DNA from: Anaerolineae bacterium
GTDB taxonomy: Bacteria; Chloroflexota; Anaerolineae; DRVO01
Reading direction: 5' to 3'
Length of the DNA: 64,000 bases
Assembly (NCBI GenBank): GCA_040768685.1
Contig: JAXGMM010000001.1
Coordinates: forward strand, 553,279-617,278
Made by a program: the position numbers and the translations under genes. The first letter of the stretch is position 1. Each line of letters opens with the position of its first letter. The notes under the pieces were generated by a model. The model did no database searches. It had not been told where the DNA came from and worked only from the letters and a program-made list of their open reading frames with translations. This document shows, piece by piece, positions 1-10,269 of this stretch.

Positions 1-824
1 GTGGCTCATTCATGAGGGATAACAGGCTGGATTGGCGCCAGGGGAAGGTGAACTGCAGCCCGGTGCGGTCGCTCACCGAGGTGGCGCGGCTGCAGGAAGC
101 GTTGGATGAGCGTATCGAGTTCATTGAGGACATGTCGCATGAACTGAGAGGCGGCCTCACCTTCGTCAGGGGATACGTGGACCTATTCCTCGCCGGCACC
201 CTCGGCCCGCTGGACGAGCGCCAAGAGCACGCCCTCCGCGTCATCGAGCGCCGAACCGAGGCCATAGTAGACCTTCTGGATCAGATGCTCTCGCTGGAGA
301 GGGCGCGGGCCGGTCATCTGGAGCTCTGCAGCGACGTCGACCTGTCCGAACTGGTGCACCACACTGTACAGGGGGCGGCAGTGGTTGCGCAGCAGGCGGG
401 CGTAGCGCTGAACGTATCGGCGCCGGACACCTGCTTTGTGGCCAAGGCCGACTCCCGGAGACTTGGGCAAGCCCTGGACAACCTCGTGAGCAACGCCATC
501 AAGTTCAGCGACAAGGGCAGCGAGGTGTCCATCCGTCTGCTGGACGGCGCTTCTACCGTGTCGCTATCGGTGGAGGACCACGGGATCGGCATTAGCCCTG
601 AGGACCTGAAGCACGTGTTCGAGCGCTTCTACCGCACCAACGAGGCTACCGGTAAGTCGTCCGGAAGCGGCCTCGGCCTGGTGATCAGCCGCGCCATTGT
701 TGAGGCTCACGGCGGCAGCATCTGGGCCGAGAGTACGCTGGGAGCGGGGACGACCTTCCACATCAGCCTGCCCAAGGCGGGACCCGGGAGCGACGAGCAG
801 ATCAGTGCCGCCGTTGTCGCTTAG
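1..824 (+). CDS. sensor histidine kinase, C-terminal DHp + HATPase_c portion (5' end upstream of window)
   Basis: H-box SHELRGGLT, ATP-lid boxes (NAIKFSD, GSGLGLVISRAIVEAHGGSIW); frame open to window edge; stop TAG 822-824. Confidence 0.85.
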   Translation, partial: GSFMRDNRLDWRQGKVNCSPVRSLTEVARLQEALDERIEFIEDMSHELRGGLTFVRGYVDLFLAGTLGPLDERQEHALRVIERRTEAIVDLLDQMLSLERARAGHLELCSDVDLSELVHHTVQGAAVVAQQAGVALNVSAPDTCFVAKADSRRLGQALDNLVSNAIKFSDKGSEVSIRLLDGASTVSLSVEDHGIGISPEDLKHVFERFYRTNEATGKSSGSGLGLVISRAIVEAHGGSIWAESTLGAGTTFHISLPKAGPGSDEQISAAVVA

Positions 825-1659
825 GGTAGGTTCCGTCCGTGCCTGGCTGTTGGATTGCGGCGTCTTCCGCTACGACGGCGGGCTGATCTTCGGTGCGGTG
901 CCCCGGGCCACCTGGGAGCGCCACTACGCCCCTAACCATCAACACCTGGTACCGATCGGGCTTCGACCGCTCCTTATACGCGATGGCTCGGACGTGATTC
1001 TAGTGGACACCGGCCTGCCGGCCGATGATCCGGGCATCCCCTTCGACCCCCCGGGGCATACTCCAGTGGCGCGGGCGCTCGATGACCTGGGCGTTGCTCC
1101 CGAGGAAGTCACAGCGGTGGTTCTAACGCATCTGCATCCGGACCACATCGGCGGCAACCTGACCGGCAAGGGCGAGGATGCCGGCCTGGCCTACCCGAAC
1201 GCACGCTATTACGTGCAGCGGGACGAAGCGGCGGCCTGCGCCTACCCCAACGAGCGAACCCGCGCCGACTACTCGCCCGAGCACCTGGCGACCCTGGCGG
1301 CCTCCGGCCGTCTGAGGGTGATCGCCGGCGCCTTTCGCTTGACGGAGCACGTCAGCTTGGCGCCGGCCAGGGGACACACCGCGGGGCACCAGGTTGTCCG
1401 CATCGACGACGAGGGAAGTTCGGCGCTCTATCTCAGCGACCTGGCCATCCTGCCCGTGCAGGCCGAGCGCCTGGCCTGGATCTCGGCGCTGGACGTGGAA
1501 CCGATGCAGACGCTGGAGAGCAAGCGGGAGATCCTCGGCCGGGCGATGGAGGAGGGCACGCTGCTGCTGTTCACGCATGAGCCCGACCAGGCCCGTTGTG
1601 CCGGATACCTGGAGCGACAGGGCAAGCGCCTGCGCTTCCGTCCCCAGCCCCTGACTTAG
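805..1659 (+). CDS. MBL-fold metallo-hydrolase (lactonase-like)
   Basis: VVLTHLHPDHIGG zinc motif; ORF track 697-1659 but first ~35 codons overlap the kinase and are low complexity; GTG 805 (GGAG 15 nt upstream) or TTG 850 more plausible starts. Confidence 0.8.
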   Translation: MPPLSLRVGSVRAWLLDCGVFRYDGGLIFGAVPRATWERHYAPNHQHLVPIGLRPLLIRDGSDVILVDTGLPADDPGIPFDPPGHTPVARALDDLGVAPEEVTAVVLTHLHPDHIGGNLTGKGEDAGLAYPNARYYVQRDEAAACAYPNERTRADYSPEHLATLAASGRLRVIAGAFRLTEHVSLAPARGHTAGHQVVRIDDEGSSALYLSDLAILPVQAERLAWISALDVEPMQTLESKREILGRAMEEGTLLLFTHEPDQARCAGYLERQGKRLRFRPQPLT

Positions 1660-1685
1660 CCGCCCCGTTCTGCCCGAGTCGCGGC

Positions 1686-2450
1686 TCAGCCGAGCAGCCA
1701 GAGGCTGAGCGCCATCAGAAACATCCCGGCCATTACCCCGAGGATGGGCAGGTGGCTATCGCACAGTGAGCAGGCCACCGGCACCAGTTCGTCCAGCGAG
1801 ATGAACACCATCACTCCCGCCACCCCGGCCAACACCACCCCGAGCAAAGCCGGGCTGAGGAACGGCATCAGGATCAGCGCCGTGAGAAGGGCGCCGAGCG
1901 GCTCGGACATGCCGGACACGAGTGACCATAGGAAGGCCTTGCGGCGGCTTCCGGTTGCGGCGTAGATCGGCCCGGAAACCGCCAGGCCCTCCGGTATGTT
2001 GTGGATGGCGACCGCGGTGGCGATCGCGAGGCCCAGCCTGGGGCTCTCCATGGCGCCGGCAAAGGTGGCCATCCCCTCGGGGAAGTTGTGGATCGCCACG
2101 CCCAGGGCGATGAACACGCCCGTGCGCAGGTAGGCGCCGTCGAGCCGCTCGCGTACCGCCGGCCTCTCTCCACCCAAGTACTGGTGCGGGATCAGCAGGT
2201 CTACCAGGAACATCAGCGCCATTCCGGCGAAGAAGGCGAAGTGGGCAGGCAGGAAGCCTATGGTGGCCACGCCGTGGGGCAGAAGCTCGGAGAAGGCGAC
2301 CAGGAGCATCACTCCGGCCGAGAAACCTAGAGTCAGGACCATGAACCGAGGACCGGGGTTCTTGACCGTGACGGCCAACAAGCTTCCGAGCACGGTGGAA
2401 AGACCGGCGATCGTAGCAAGCCCGAGCGCAACCAGCATCGGCTCAGTCAT
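1686..2450 (-). CDS. zupT: ZIP family zinc/metal transporter ZupT
   Basis: HNFPEGMA and HNIPEGLAV ZIP signature motifs, 8 TM helices; likely start MTEPMLVAL at 2450 forming ATGA overlap with upstream sulfatase stop. Confidence 0.85.
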   Translation of the reverse strand: MTEPMLVALGLATIAGLSTVLGSLLAVTVKNPGPRFMVLTLGFSAGVMLLVAFSELLPHGVATIGFLPAHFAFFAGMALMFLVDLLIPHQYLGGERPAVRERLDGAYLRTGVFIALGVAIHNFPEGMATFAGAMESPRLGLAIATAVAIHNIPEGLAVSGPIYAATGSRRKAFLWSLVSGMSEPLGALLTALILMPFLSPALLGVVLAGVAGVMVFISLDELVPVACSLCDSHLPILGVMAGMFLMALSLWLLG

Positions 2451-3829
2451 GGGCGGGTCAGTCCCTCCAGCAGTTGCCGGCGCGTCCACTCGTTGAGGAG
2501 TGGGTCGGCGGTCTCTTCCATCCATGCCGCCAGTCGGGTTCGGAGCGTGGCCGCCGTGTCGTCGAAGGCGGGTGCGGCAGCGAGGTTGTGTAGCTCGGGC
2601 GGGTCGTGGACGAGGTCGTAGAGTTCATCCTCGGCCGTGGCGTTCCAGATGTACTTCCAGCGCTCCGTCCTCACCATGCGCGAACTGTAAAGGCCGAACT
2701 GACTGCCGTGGTAGGTGGCGAAGGCCTCCGCCGACCGTGGCTGATGCTCGCCGCGGATGAGGGGAAGCAGGCTTCGGCCTTGGAAGGTCTCGGGCGACTC
2801 GACGCCGGCCGCCTCGCAGAAGGTAGCGGCCAGATCGAGCGCGTGCGAGACGAACGTATCGCAGGTCAGGCCGGCCTTCGCTCCCTCGGGCCAGCGCACG
2901 ATGAGGGGAACGTGCACCACGTCGTCGTACATGACGTGGTGCTTGTCCATCATGCCGTGTCCGCCGCAGAGGTCTCCGTGGTCGCAGGTGTAGATGACCA
3001 TCGTGTTGTGGGCGAGACCAAGGTCGTCCAGTTCCGCCAGGACGCGGGCGATCTGGGCGTCCATGAGCGTTATCTGCGCCAGGTAGCAGGCCACTACCGG
3101 AGCCCAGTCGCTCCACTGCCAGTGGTCCACGCCCCAGGTGCGTCGCATCTGCGCCTGGACGAACGGCTTGCCATGCAGGGGATCGGGGAAGCTGGGCCAG
3201 GGTTCGATCTGATCCGGCGGGTACAGGGAGAAGTACGGTTCGGGAACGACATTAGGCAGGTGCGGGCCGCTGGGGTCCCAGCGGATGAGGAACGGTGTTT
3301 TCTGCGCTGCGGCGGCGCGCAGCCGGTCGATAACGTGGCCTGCCTCCCAGCCGACCTGCGACTGCTCCGGGCCAACGTGGTGATCACGTCCGCCCAGCCA
3401 GCCGCCCTCGGTGGGAACCGGAGGAAGCCCCTGCGCCTCTCGCCACGCGCGGTAGCTCAACCCCGGCGTGTAGTCGTGGAAGCCGGCCTGCAATGGGTCG
3501 CCGGCGATGCCCCACTTGCCCACGTAGGAGAGGTGATAGCCCGCGCCGGCCAGCGCCTGGCTGAAGGTGGGCAGGCCATCCACGGCCGGCCGTCCCGCCT
3601 CGGTACCACGGTTGGCGATGGCGAGGTGGCGCGTAGGCCATACGCCGTACAGCAGGCTGTTGCGGGCGGGCGTGCAGACGGGGCTGGGAGTGAAGGCGTG
3701 GCGGAAGTTGACGCCCTCGGCGGCCAGGTGATCTAGGGTGGGCGTTTGCACGAGCGGGTGGCCGTTGGCACCGACGCAGTCGTACCGGTGCTGATCGGAG
3801 TGCACGAGAAGGATGTTGGGCCGGTCCAA
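2447..3829 (-). CDS. sulfatase (formylglycine-dependent; CTPAR motif present)
   Basis: NILLVHSDQHRYD metal site, PVCTPARNSLLYG CxPxR motif, YTCDHGDLCGGHG C-terminal sulfatase motif; ORF track start 4111 gives 94 junk residues, TTG 3829 with GGGGAGA SD more likely. Confidence 0.85.
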   Translation of the reverse strand: MDRPNILLVHSDQHRYDCVGANGHPLVQTPTLDHLAAEGVNFRHAFTPSPVCTPARNSLLYGVWPTRHLAIANRGTEAGRPAVDGLPTFSQALAGAGYHLSYVGKWGIAGDPLQAGFHDYTPGLSYRAWREAQGLPPVPTEGGWLGGRDHHVGPEQSQVGWEAGHVIDRLRAAAAQKTPFLIRWDPSGPHLPNVVPEPYFSLYPPDQIEPWPSFPDPLHGKPFVQAQMRRTWGVDHWQWSDWAPVVACYLAQITLMDAQIARVLAELDDLGLAHNTMVIYTCDHGDLCGGHGMMDKHHVMYDDVVHVPLIVRWPEGAKAGLTCDTFVSHALDLAATFCEAAGVESPETFQGRSLLPLIRGEHQPRSAEAFATYHGSQFGLYSSRMVRTERWKYIWNATAEDELYDLVHDPPELHNLAAAPAFDDTAATLRTRLAAWMEETADPLLNEWTRRQLLEGLTRP

Positions 3830-4152
3830 CCGGTCTGGTCTCCCCAGTTCGAAGTGACGGGCAGAGGAAGAATACGCAGAACCCGGCGGATGTCTAGGGC
3901 AACTAGCGTCACCGACGGCTGGCCCGCCGAGATTAGGCGATCCGTCGGTGCTTCTCTGCCGGGTCAGAGCGCCTGCCCGGCGTGGGCCGCGTGCGATTCG
4001 GCCGACACCGTTCTGGCCGCCTCCGCCGGAAGCGGATGCAGCCCTTGTCCAGCTGGATTCCCCGGACTGGTAGCGCCTCTCCGTGCCGGGCCGGCGCGCC
4101 GGCGTCAACACAGCGGCTCATGTAGTTCTTCTGGGAGGCGAAACCGGGACGG

Positions 4153-4950
4153 CTAGCGTGCACCCACGGCCTGGAGGCAGGCCTGCATGTGCCCGCGCGA
4201 CTCGGCGGCGATGATGCAGCACTGCTCCACCGGGTACTCTTTGGCCCCAATTATCTCGAGATCCAGGGGGCCGGTGTAGCCGTGCTTGTGGAGAACGCGG
4301 ATGTAGCCGACGAGGTCGATGTCGCCGCGGCCGTTGGCCTGCATCTCGGGCTTGCCCGGGTTCTGCTGGCGGCCCTTACAGTCGCGAATGTGGACGTGCT
4401 TGACGCGCGAGATCACGGCAGCGATGGCCTCCACCGGGTTCTCGCCGGCGCGGTGGATGTGCGAGGGGTCCATGTCGATGCCGAAGGCGGGCGAGTCGAT
4501 GTGCTCCATGAGGCGCAGAGTGCTAGGGGTGTTGTCGATGGCCGCCCCCACGTGGGCTTTCACACAGAGGGTGACACCGTACCTCTCAGCCATCCGCGAG
4601 AGCGAGGCCAGCGAATCGGCGCGCTCCTTGAAGCTCTCTTCGTCGCCCGTCTTGCCGCCGGGCCCGCAGTTGATGATGGGGATGCCGATCGCCACCGCTG
4701 CCTGGAACGCCGTTTCCATACGGACCGGGTCCTGAGAGGGCTGTTCCATGGCCAACAGCTCGAGCCCGTAGTCGCGCGAGAGGCGCTTGATCTCGGGAGC
4801 CAGTTCCTGCCAGCGGTCGAGCACCAGGTGCTCGCTCATTCCGTCGATGGCGGAGAGCTCGATGCCGTCATAGCCGGACATGGCGATGTACTTGAAGGCG
4901 GTCTCCATGTCGTGGCCGCCGAAGAGAACCGAATTGGCTCCTAGCTTCAT
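4153..4950 (-). CDS. sugar phosphate isomerase/epimerase (xylose isomerase-like TIM barrel)
   Basis: MKLGANSVLFGG...GYDGIELS N-terminus typical of AP_endonuc_2/xylose-isomerase-like TIM barrels; conserved His/Glu metal ligands. Confidence 0.8.
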   Translation of the reverse strand: MKLGANSVLFGGHDMETAFKYIAMSGYDGIELSAIDGMSEHLVLDRWQELAPEIKRLSRDYGLELLAMEQPSQDPVRMETAFQAAVAIGIPIINCGPGGKTGDEESFKERADSLASLSRMAERYGVTLCVKAHVGAAIDNTPSTLRLMEHIDSPAFGIDMDPSHIHRAGENPVEAIAAVISRVKHVHIRDCKGRQQNPGKPEMQANGRGDIDLVGYIRVLHKHGYTGPLDLEIIGAKEYPVEQCCIIAAESRGHMQACLQAVGAR

Positions 4951-4996
4951 GTTTTGCTCCTCATATGGTCGGTGTGGACCGTCCGGTCAATGACGG

Positions 4997-5404
4997 TCAC
5001 TCCGGCCTCAGCACCCGGACGGCGCCGGAGGCGCGGGCGAGCAGTTCGTCGTCCCAGGTGACGAGAGGCACATCGAGCTCCTTCGCTACGGCGACGTAGC
5101 AGGCATCCGCGCCACGGAGGCGCAAGTCGCCTGCCAACCTGGCGGCGAGGAGGCCCAACCGCTCATCAAGCCTGATCAGCTCGAGTTCGGGCAGTTCCAG
5201 CATCTCGGAAACGAGCATCTGCGCCAGCCATTGAGCGCATGAACGGCGTGAGACCGCGCCGGCTACCTCAGCGAGCAGAAGGCTGGGCCCATGGAGCGTC
5301 TGGTCGTGATCGGCGAACTGAGATCGCAGCCATCGCCGGCTGACCTCGTGATGCGCGTCGTCGGTCACGAAGTAGCCGACCCAGACGCTGGCGTCAACGA
5401 CCAT
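4997..5404 (-). CDS. vapC: PIN-domain toxin VapC
   Basis: MVVDASVWVGYF...D...E...D acidic PIN residues, 135 aa, 1-nt overlap with upstream antitoxin. Confidence 0.8.
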   Translation of the reverse strand: MVVDASVWVGYFVTDDAHHEVSRRWLRSQFADHDQTLHGPSLLLAEVAGAVSRRSCAQWLAQMLVSEMLELPELELIRLDERLGLLAARLAGDLRLRGADACYVAVAKELDVPLVTWDDELLARASGAVRVLRPE

Positions 5405-5667
5405 CAGAGCTCGCGCCGCTGCTCGCGGACGGCTTCAACAGCAGAAACTCCCTTAGGCCACACTGCGGAGACCTGCTTCGCCAGTTCGTCGAGTCGATCC
5501 CAAGCCTTCTGCGAGCGATCCCTCATTGCCTCCGGGGATTCCGGCGCCACGATCCGCGCTACTACCTCGCCTCTGTAGGTGATGTCGATCCCTTGGCCGT
5601 CCTCACGCACGCGGCGGATGATCTCGCTGGTGCGCTGCTTTAGTTCGCGTATCCCTACCGATTCCAT
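5404..5667 (-). CDS. Phd/YefM-type antitoxin (VapB partner)
   Basis: MESVGIRELKQRTSEIIRRV...ITYRGEVVARIV typical Phd/YefM N-terminus; start at internal ATG 5667 with GGAGG SD. Confidence 0.7.
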   Translation of the reverse strand: MESVGIRELKQRTSEIIRRVREDGQGIDITYRGEVVARIVAPESPEAMRDRSQKAWDRLDELAKQVSAVWPKGVSAVEAVREQRREL

Positions 5668-5744
5668 CGGTACGCCTCCGGGCCATTGTATCCACATATG
5701 TAGACACATTGTACCACGGGCCGGACTCGACCTGCTAGGCCGGT

Positions 5745-6737
<993 letters not shown>

Positions 6738-6850
6738 AGCGGACTCCTGATAGGTGACAAGGGATCAGTGGTTAGTGGTTAGTGGACAGTGGGGAGTGGC
6801 TAACAGCTTACTCTGCCGCCCACTGGCCACTGGTCACTATCCACTAGCCA

Positions 6851-7564
6851 CTACTCATAGCCGTAGTCGCGCATGGCCGGTTCGAGGAAGTCGAAGGTGT
6901 GCACGCCGGTGTCGGTGCGCCAGCGGCCTACCGCCTCGGGCCGCACCTTGATCTTGGCCAGGCGCATGCCCAGGTAGTCGCTCAAACGCTCGAGGGTCTC
7001 GTCCTGGCGGAGGACGAAGTCCTCGAAGCGGACGGTGATCCAGTTCTGCGGCTTGGGGGTCGTCCGTACCAGTAGGTCCTGGTAGAGCCAGGAGATCGCG
7101 CGCCGCCGGCGGATGTCATCGGTGAGCGGGTACTGGATGCCGAAGTCGCGCAGGTCGTCGGTCTTGTGCCCGGCCAGGATGCTGTCCCGCGGGTCGCGCA
7201 CCCAGAAGATGAACCTGGTCTCCGGCATGAGGCGGGCGATCCAAGGGAAGACGAGGGTAGTCTCGGGCAGCTTCCAGCCGCGGTTCTTGGCATCGCTGGC
7301 GAGGACGGAACGCAGGAAGACGCGCACCAGGTCGGTGAACTCCTTGGGGATGGCGCCGTCCAGGGCGCTCCAGTCCCAGGTGAGATCGCCGTTCCACTTT
7401 ACCTGGCGGGCGAGGACGTGGCAGGCATCGTACATGGCGAAGGGGGGCAGCAAGTCGCCGGAGCGATTCTGGGGTGCACCCATGTAGACGCCGCTGGCGG
7501 CGAGGGTATGCGACATGGCCCGGGTTCCCCCGTGCCCGCGCCCGATGACGGTGATCAGGCTCAT
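6851..7564 (-). CDS. PAPS-dependent sulfotransferase family protein (cytoplasmic)
   Basis: 5'-PSB loop VIGRGHGGTR near N-terminus and 3'-PB motif WVRDPRDSILAGH; no signal peptide. Confidence 0.7.
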   Translation of the reverse strand: MSLITVIGRGHGGTRAMSHTLAASGVYMGAPQNRSGDLLPPFAMYDACHVLARQVKWNGDLTWDWSALDGAIPKEFTDLVRVFLRSVLASDAKNRGWKLPETTLVFPWIARLMPETRFIFWVRDPRDSILAGHKTDDLRDFGIQYPLTDDIRRRRAISWLYQDLLVRTTPKPQNWITVRFEDFVLRQDETLERLSDYLGMRLAKIKVRPEAVGRWRTDTGVHTFDFLEPAMRDYGYE

Positions 7565-7685
7565 AGAGCAGTATCCTCAGACGGTGATGAGTGGATAGTG
7601 GACGGCGGCCAGCGGAGAGCCGAGCTCGCACGGGGGTGCGAACCCCTTGCGGAGAAACTCACCACTGGCCGCCGTCCACTGGTCA

Positions 7686-8696
7686 CTACAGCGTGACTAC
7701 CTCGCCGGTCTCCCAAGACTTGATGATGCCCTCAATGATGGTTTGGACGTGAAGGGCGTCCGCGCCGGAGGCATCGATCTGGTCGGGGGCGACGCCCTCG
7801 ACGTTCTGCTCGATCCAGCGGCCGATGCGGCTGCCGAACGTCTCGCCGAAGCTCATCATTCCGCCCACATAGTCGTAGGTGACAGTCTCACGGGAGAAGC
7901 GCGGGTAGAAGGTGAGGTGCTCGCAGGCGTCCACGAGGACAAAGCGCGCCTCGGAGCCCACCACCTCCAGTTCCTCGAGGCCATAGGAACCGCCGGCGTC
8001 GTAGGAGCCGGTGAGGTGGCCGAGGATGCCGTTCTTAAACAGCAGGTTCACCTGCACGTTGGACCAGCAGACGCGTCGGCCGCCGGGGCCGTCCTTGCGG
8101 GGGCCGCGCTTGAAGAAGGCCTGCACCTTCTCCACATCGCCGGCGTAGTAGCGCATCACGTCCAGCGAGTGGGGGTGGAGGGCGCGGATGTGGAACCAGG
8201 GCGAAGTCTCGTTGGGGTTGTTGATCCACATGCGCATGTTGACGATGTTGAGTTCGCCCAGCTTGCCTTTCTTGACCCACTGCTTGGCCATGAGGGCGGC
8301 GGGCGTGAAGCGGTGGTTGAGGTTGATGCCGTAGCGCAGCCCCTTGGCCTTCGCCAAGGCGACCATCTCGCGCGCCTCGTCCAGGTTGTTGGAGATGGGC
8401 TTCTCGCCCAGTACGGGGATGCCGGCGCCCAGCAACTGCATGGTGGGCTGGTAGTGGTCGCCGCCGTTCTCCTTACCCGCAGTGGTGACGCTGGCGGCGT
8501 CGATCTTCAGGCCGCCGGCGAGCATGTCGTCGACCGAGTAGAAGGCGCGGGCGCCGTACTTCTCGGCGGCGCGGTCGGCCTTCTCCTTGATGAGGTCGCA
8601 CACGGCGACGATCTCGGCGTCGGGGTGCTTCTGGTAGACGCCCGCGTGCGTATTGCCGATGTTGCCCATCCCTACGATGGCTACCTTCAGTGCCAT
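7686..8696 (-). CDS. Gfo/Idh/MocA family NAD(P)-dependent oxidoreductase
   Basis: MALKVAIVGMGNIGNTHAGVY Rossmann N-terminus; shares GEKPISN, LNHRFTPAA, SPWFxIxALHPH, LTGSYD blocks with 5745-6737; AGGAGAGG SD before ATG 8696. Confidence 0.85.
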   Translation of the reverse strand: MALKVAIVGMGNIGNTHAGVYQKHPDAEIVAVCDLIKEKADRAAEKYGARAFYSVDDMLAGGLKIDAASVTTAGKENGGDHYQPTMQLLGAGIPVLGEKPISNNLDEAREMVALAKAKGLRYGINLNHRFTPAALMAKQWVKKGKLGELNIVNMRMWINNPNETSPWFHIRALHPHSLDVMRYYAGDVEKVQAFFKRGPRKDGPGGRRVCWSNVQVNLLFKNGILGHLTGSYDAGGSYGLEELEVVGSEARFVLVDACEHLTFYPRFSRETVTYDYVGGMMSFGETFGSRIGRWIEQNVEGVAPDQIDASGADALHVQTIIEGIIKSWETGEVVTL

Positions 8697-8736
8697 TTCA
8701 TCCTCTCCTGATGACCTCTGAGAACCTCACCCCCTC

Positions 8737-8835
8737 GATACTCCGCTGTGCGGAGTATCTGTACCCCTCTCCGACACGGAGAGGGGTTCCGGAGCCCCCT
8801 TCCCGGCGCGGGAAGGGGGTTGGGGGTTAGGTCAC
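8737..8835. repeat. GC-rich triple-hairpin repeat element (copy A)
   Basis: three consecutive perfect hairpins GATACTCCGC-tgtg-CGGAGTATC, CCCCTCTCC-gacac-GGAGAGGGG, CCCCCTTCCC-ggcgc-GGGAAGGGGG followed by TTGGGGGTTAGGTCA; same core recurs at 33115, 36538, 41471. Confidence 0.6.
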
Positions 8836-10235
8836 TTTCTCGCCTCGGCCTGCAACTTGATGGCGGTCTGGATGCCGCCGATGTACAGCGTGTCGTAGGC
8901 CTGCTGCGACGTCTTGAAAGGGCCGACGCCTTCCTTCCCGTGCCAGTCGCCCTGGTGGTACATGGGGTTGGGCAGGCCCGTCTCGGCCTCGCGCTTGGCA
9001 ATGTAGGCGTGCATGCGCGCGCTCAGCGTCGCCACCATCTCCGGCTCGCTCTCGGCCAGGTTATGGTTCTCGCCCGGGTCCTGGATCAGGTTGTAGAGCT
9101 CCACCGGCGGCTTGAAGTGGAAGTCGGGCTCCAGCGCTTCTATCAGCTTCCATTCCGGGGTGCGCCAACCATGCTTGCGCATCCAGGTGCACTCGGTTAG
9201 GTAGATCTCGCTCTCGAAGGAGGGCGCCTCGCCGCGCACCAACTGCATGAGGCTCGGCCCATCCATCTGGTAGTCGCCCGGGTCGATCTCGGCCAGCTCG
9301 AGGATGGTGGGCAGCAGGTTCTTGTGCTGGTTGTAGCCGGGAACGCGCAGCCCCGCCGGCACCTTGCTCGGGTAGCGGATGATCAGCGGCACGTGCAGGG
9401 TGTTGTCGTAGATGCCGTGGTGATCAAAGTAGCAGTCGTGGTCGTAGAGCGTCTCGCCGTGATCGGAGTTGATGACCACGATGGTGTCGTCCAGGACGCC
9501 CAGGTCCTCCAGTTGGTGGAAGATGGTCTGGATACAGGCGTCCATGTAGGCCACCGAGCCGTCGTACTGGGCGATGATGTAGTCCTTGTCGGTGATTCCG
9601 GGCGGCATCCAGGAGGCGAAGAAGTCGCGGAAGGGCTTGAAGGCCATCACCGGGTCCATGGAACGGTTGTCCGGGTTGGTCTCGTTGCCGTGGTAGAAGG
9701 CCCGCTCGTAGGGGGGCGGCGGCAGGTAGGGAGAGTGCGGGTCCATGTGGCGCAGGAAGAGGAAGAAGGGCTTGCGCGACTTGGCCAGCCGGTCCAGCTC
9801 CGGCACGGCGACGTCGTTGAGGTTCTGCGCCTTGGGGCTGCGACCGTCGGCCCAGGAGCCCCAGCCGGGGAAGTCGATGTACTTGGCGAAGTCGCGCGCC
9901 GCCGCGTTGCCCTTGAAGCCGACGGAGGTGGTGTTGTAGCCGGCCTCGTTGCAGAACTGGGCCAGCGTCTTGGCCTCGGAGCGCATGGGGCCCTTGTGCC
10001 GCAGCGCCACCACCTGGGTGCCGAAGGCGTCGCGCCCGGTGAACATGCCGGCGTAGCCGCTGGTGGTGGGGATGTGAGGGCTGTAGGTGCGCTCAAACAG
10101 GGTTCCCCCCTGGGCGAAGCGGTCGATGTGGGGAGTGGTGAGGCGAGGGTAACCGTAGCACGACATGTGATCGGCCCGCAGGGAGTCGATCCCGAAAAGG
10201 AGAATGTTCGGTCTCCGACGGCGTCTCGGTGGCAT
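8832..10235 (-). CDS. sulfatase-like (alkaline phosphatase superfamily) hydrolase/transferase lacking the CxPxR motif
   Basis: NILLFGIDSLRADH and TPHIDRFAQGG align to sulfatase N-terminus but FGly position reads IPTTSGY (Thr-Thr instead of Cys-x-Pro); no signal peptide; SD GGAGG before ATG 10235. Confidence 0.8.
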   Translation of the reverse strand: MPPRRRRRPNILLFGIDSLRADHMSCYGYPRLTTPHIDRFAQGGTLFERTYSPHIPTTSGYAGMFTGRDAFGTQVVALRHKGPMRSEAKTLAQFCNEAGYNTTSVGFKGNAAARDFAKYIDFPGWGSWADGRSPKAQNLNDVAVPELDRLAKSRKPFFLFLRHMDPHSPYLPPPPYERAFYHGNETNPDNRSMDPVMAFKPFRDFFASWMPPGITDKDYIIAQYDGSVAYMDACIQTIFHQLEDLGVLDDTIVVINSDHGETLYDHDCYFDHHGIYDNTLHVPLIIRYPSKVPAGLRVPGYNQHKNLLPTILELAEIDPGDYQMDGPSLMQLVRGEAPSFESEIYLTECTWMRKHGWRTPEWKLIEALEPDFHFKPPVELYNLIQDPGENHNLAESEPEMVATLSARMHAYIAKREAETGLPNPMYHQGDWHGKEGVGPFKTSQQAYDTLYIGGIQTAIKLQAEARK

Positions 10236-10269
10236 GTGACCTCCAGGGTACGGTCGAGCTGGTGGGGCG

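Noticed and set aside
2606-3736. 376-aa plus-strand ORF; also 4189-4944 plus, 22931-23779 plus, 35777-36511 plus, 42302-43639 plus, 46561-47385 plus, 53528-54629 minus
   Set aside because: All lie antisense to genes with clear family motifs (sulfatase, TIM barrel, SBP, PfkB, GT-C, M28, ClpX/URO-D) and show Ala/Arg/Gly/Val-rich shadow-frame composition.
7647-8711. 354-aa plus-strand ORF
   Set aside because: It is antisense to the well-supported Gfo/Idh/MocA gene 7686-8696, and its composition is typical of shadow frames.
8737-8835. Hairpin repeats as a possible CRISPR array
   Set aside because: Copies are dispersed tens of kb apart, not tandem with unique spacers. Each unit is internally palindromic, REP/MITE-like rather than CRISPR-like, and no cas genes are present.
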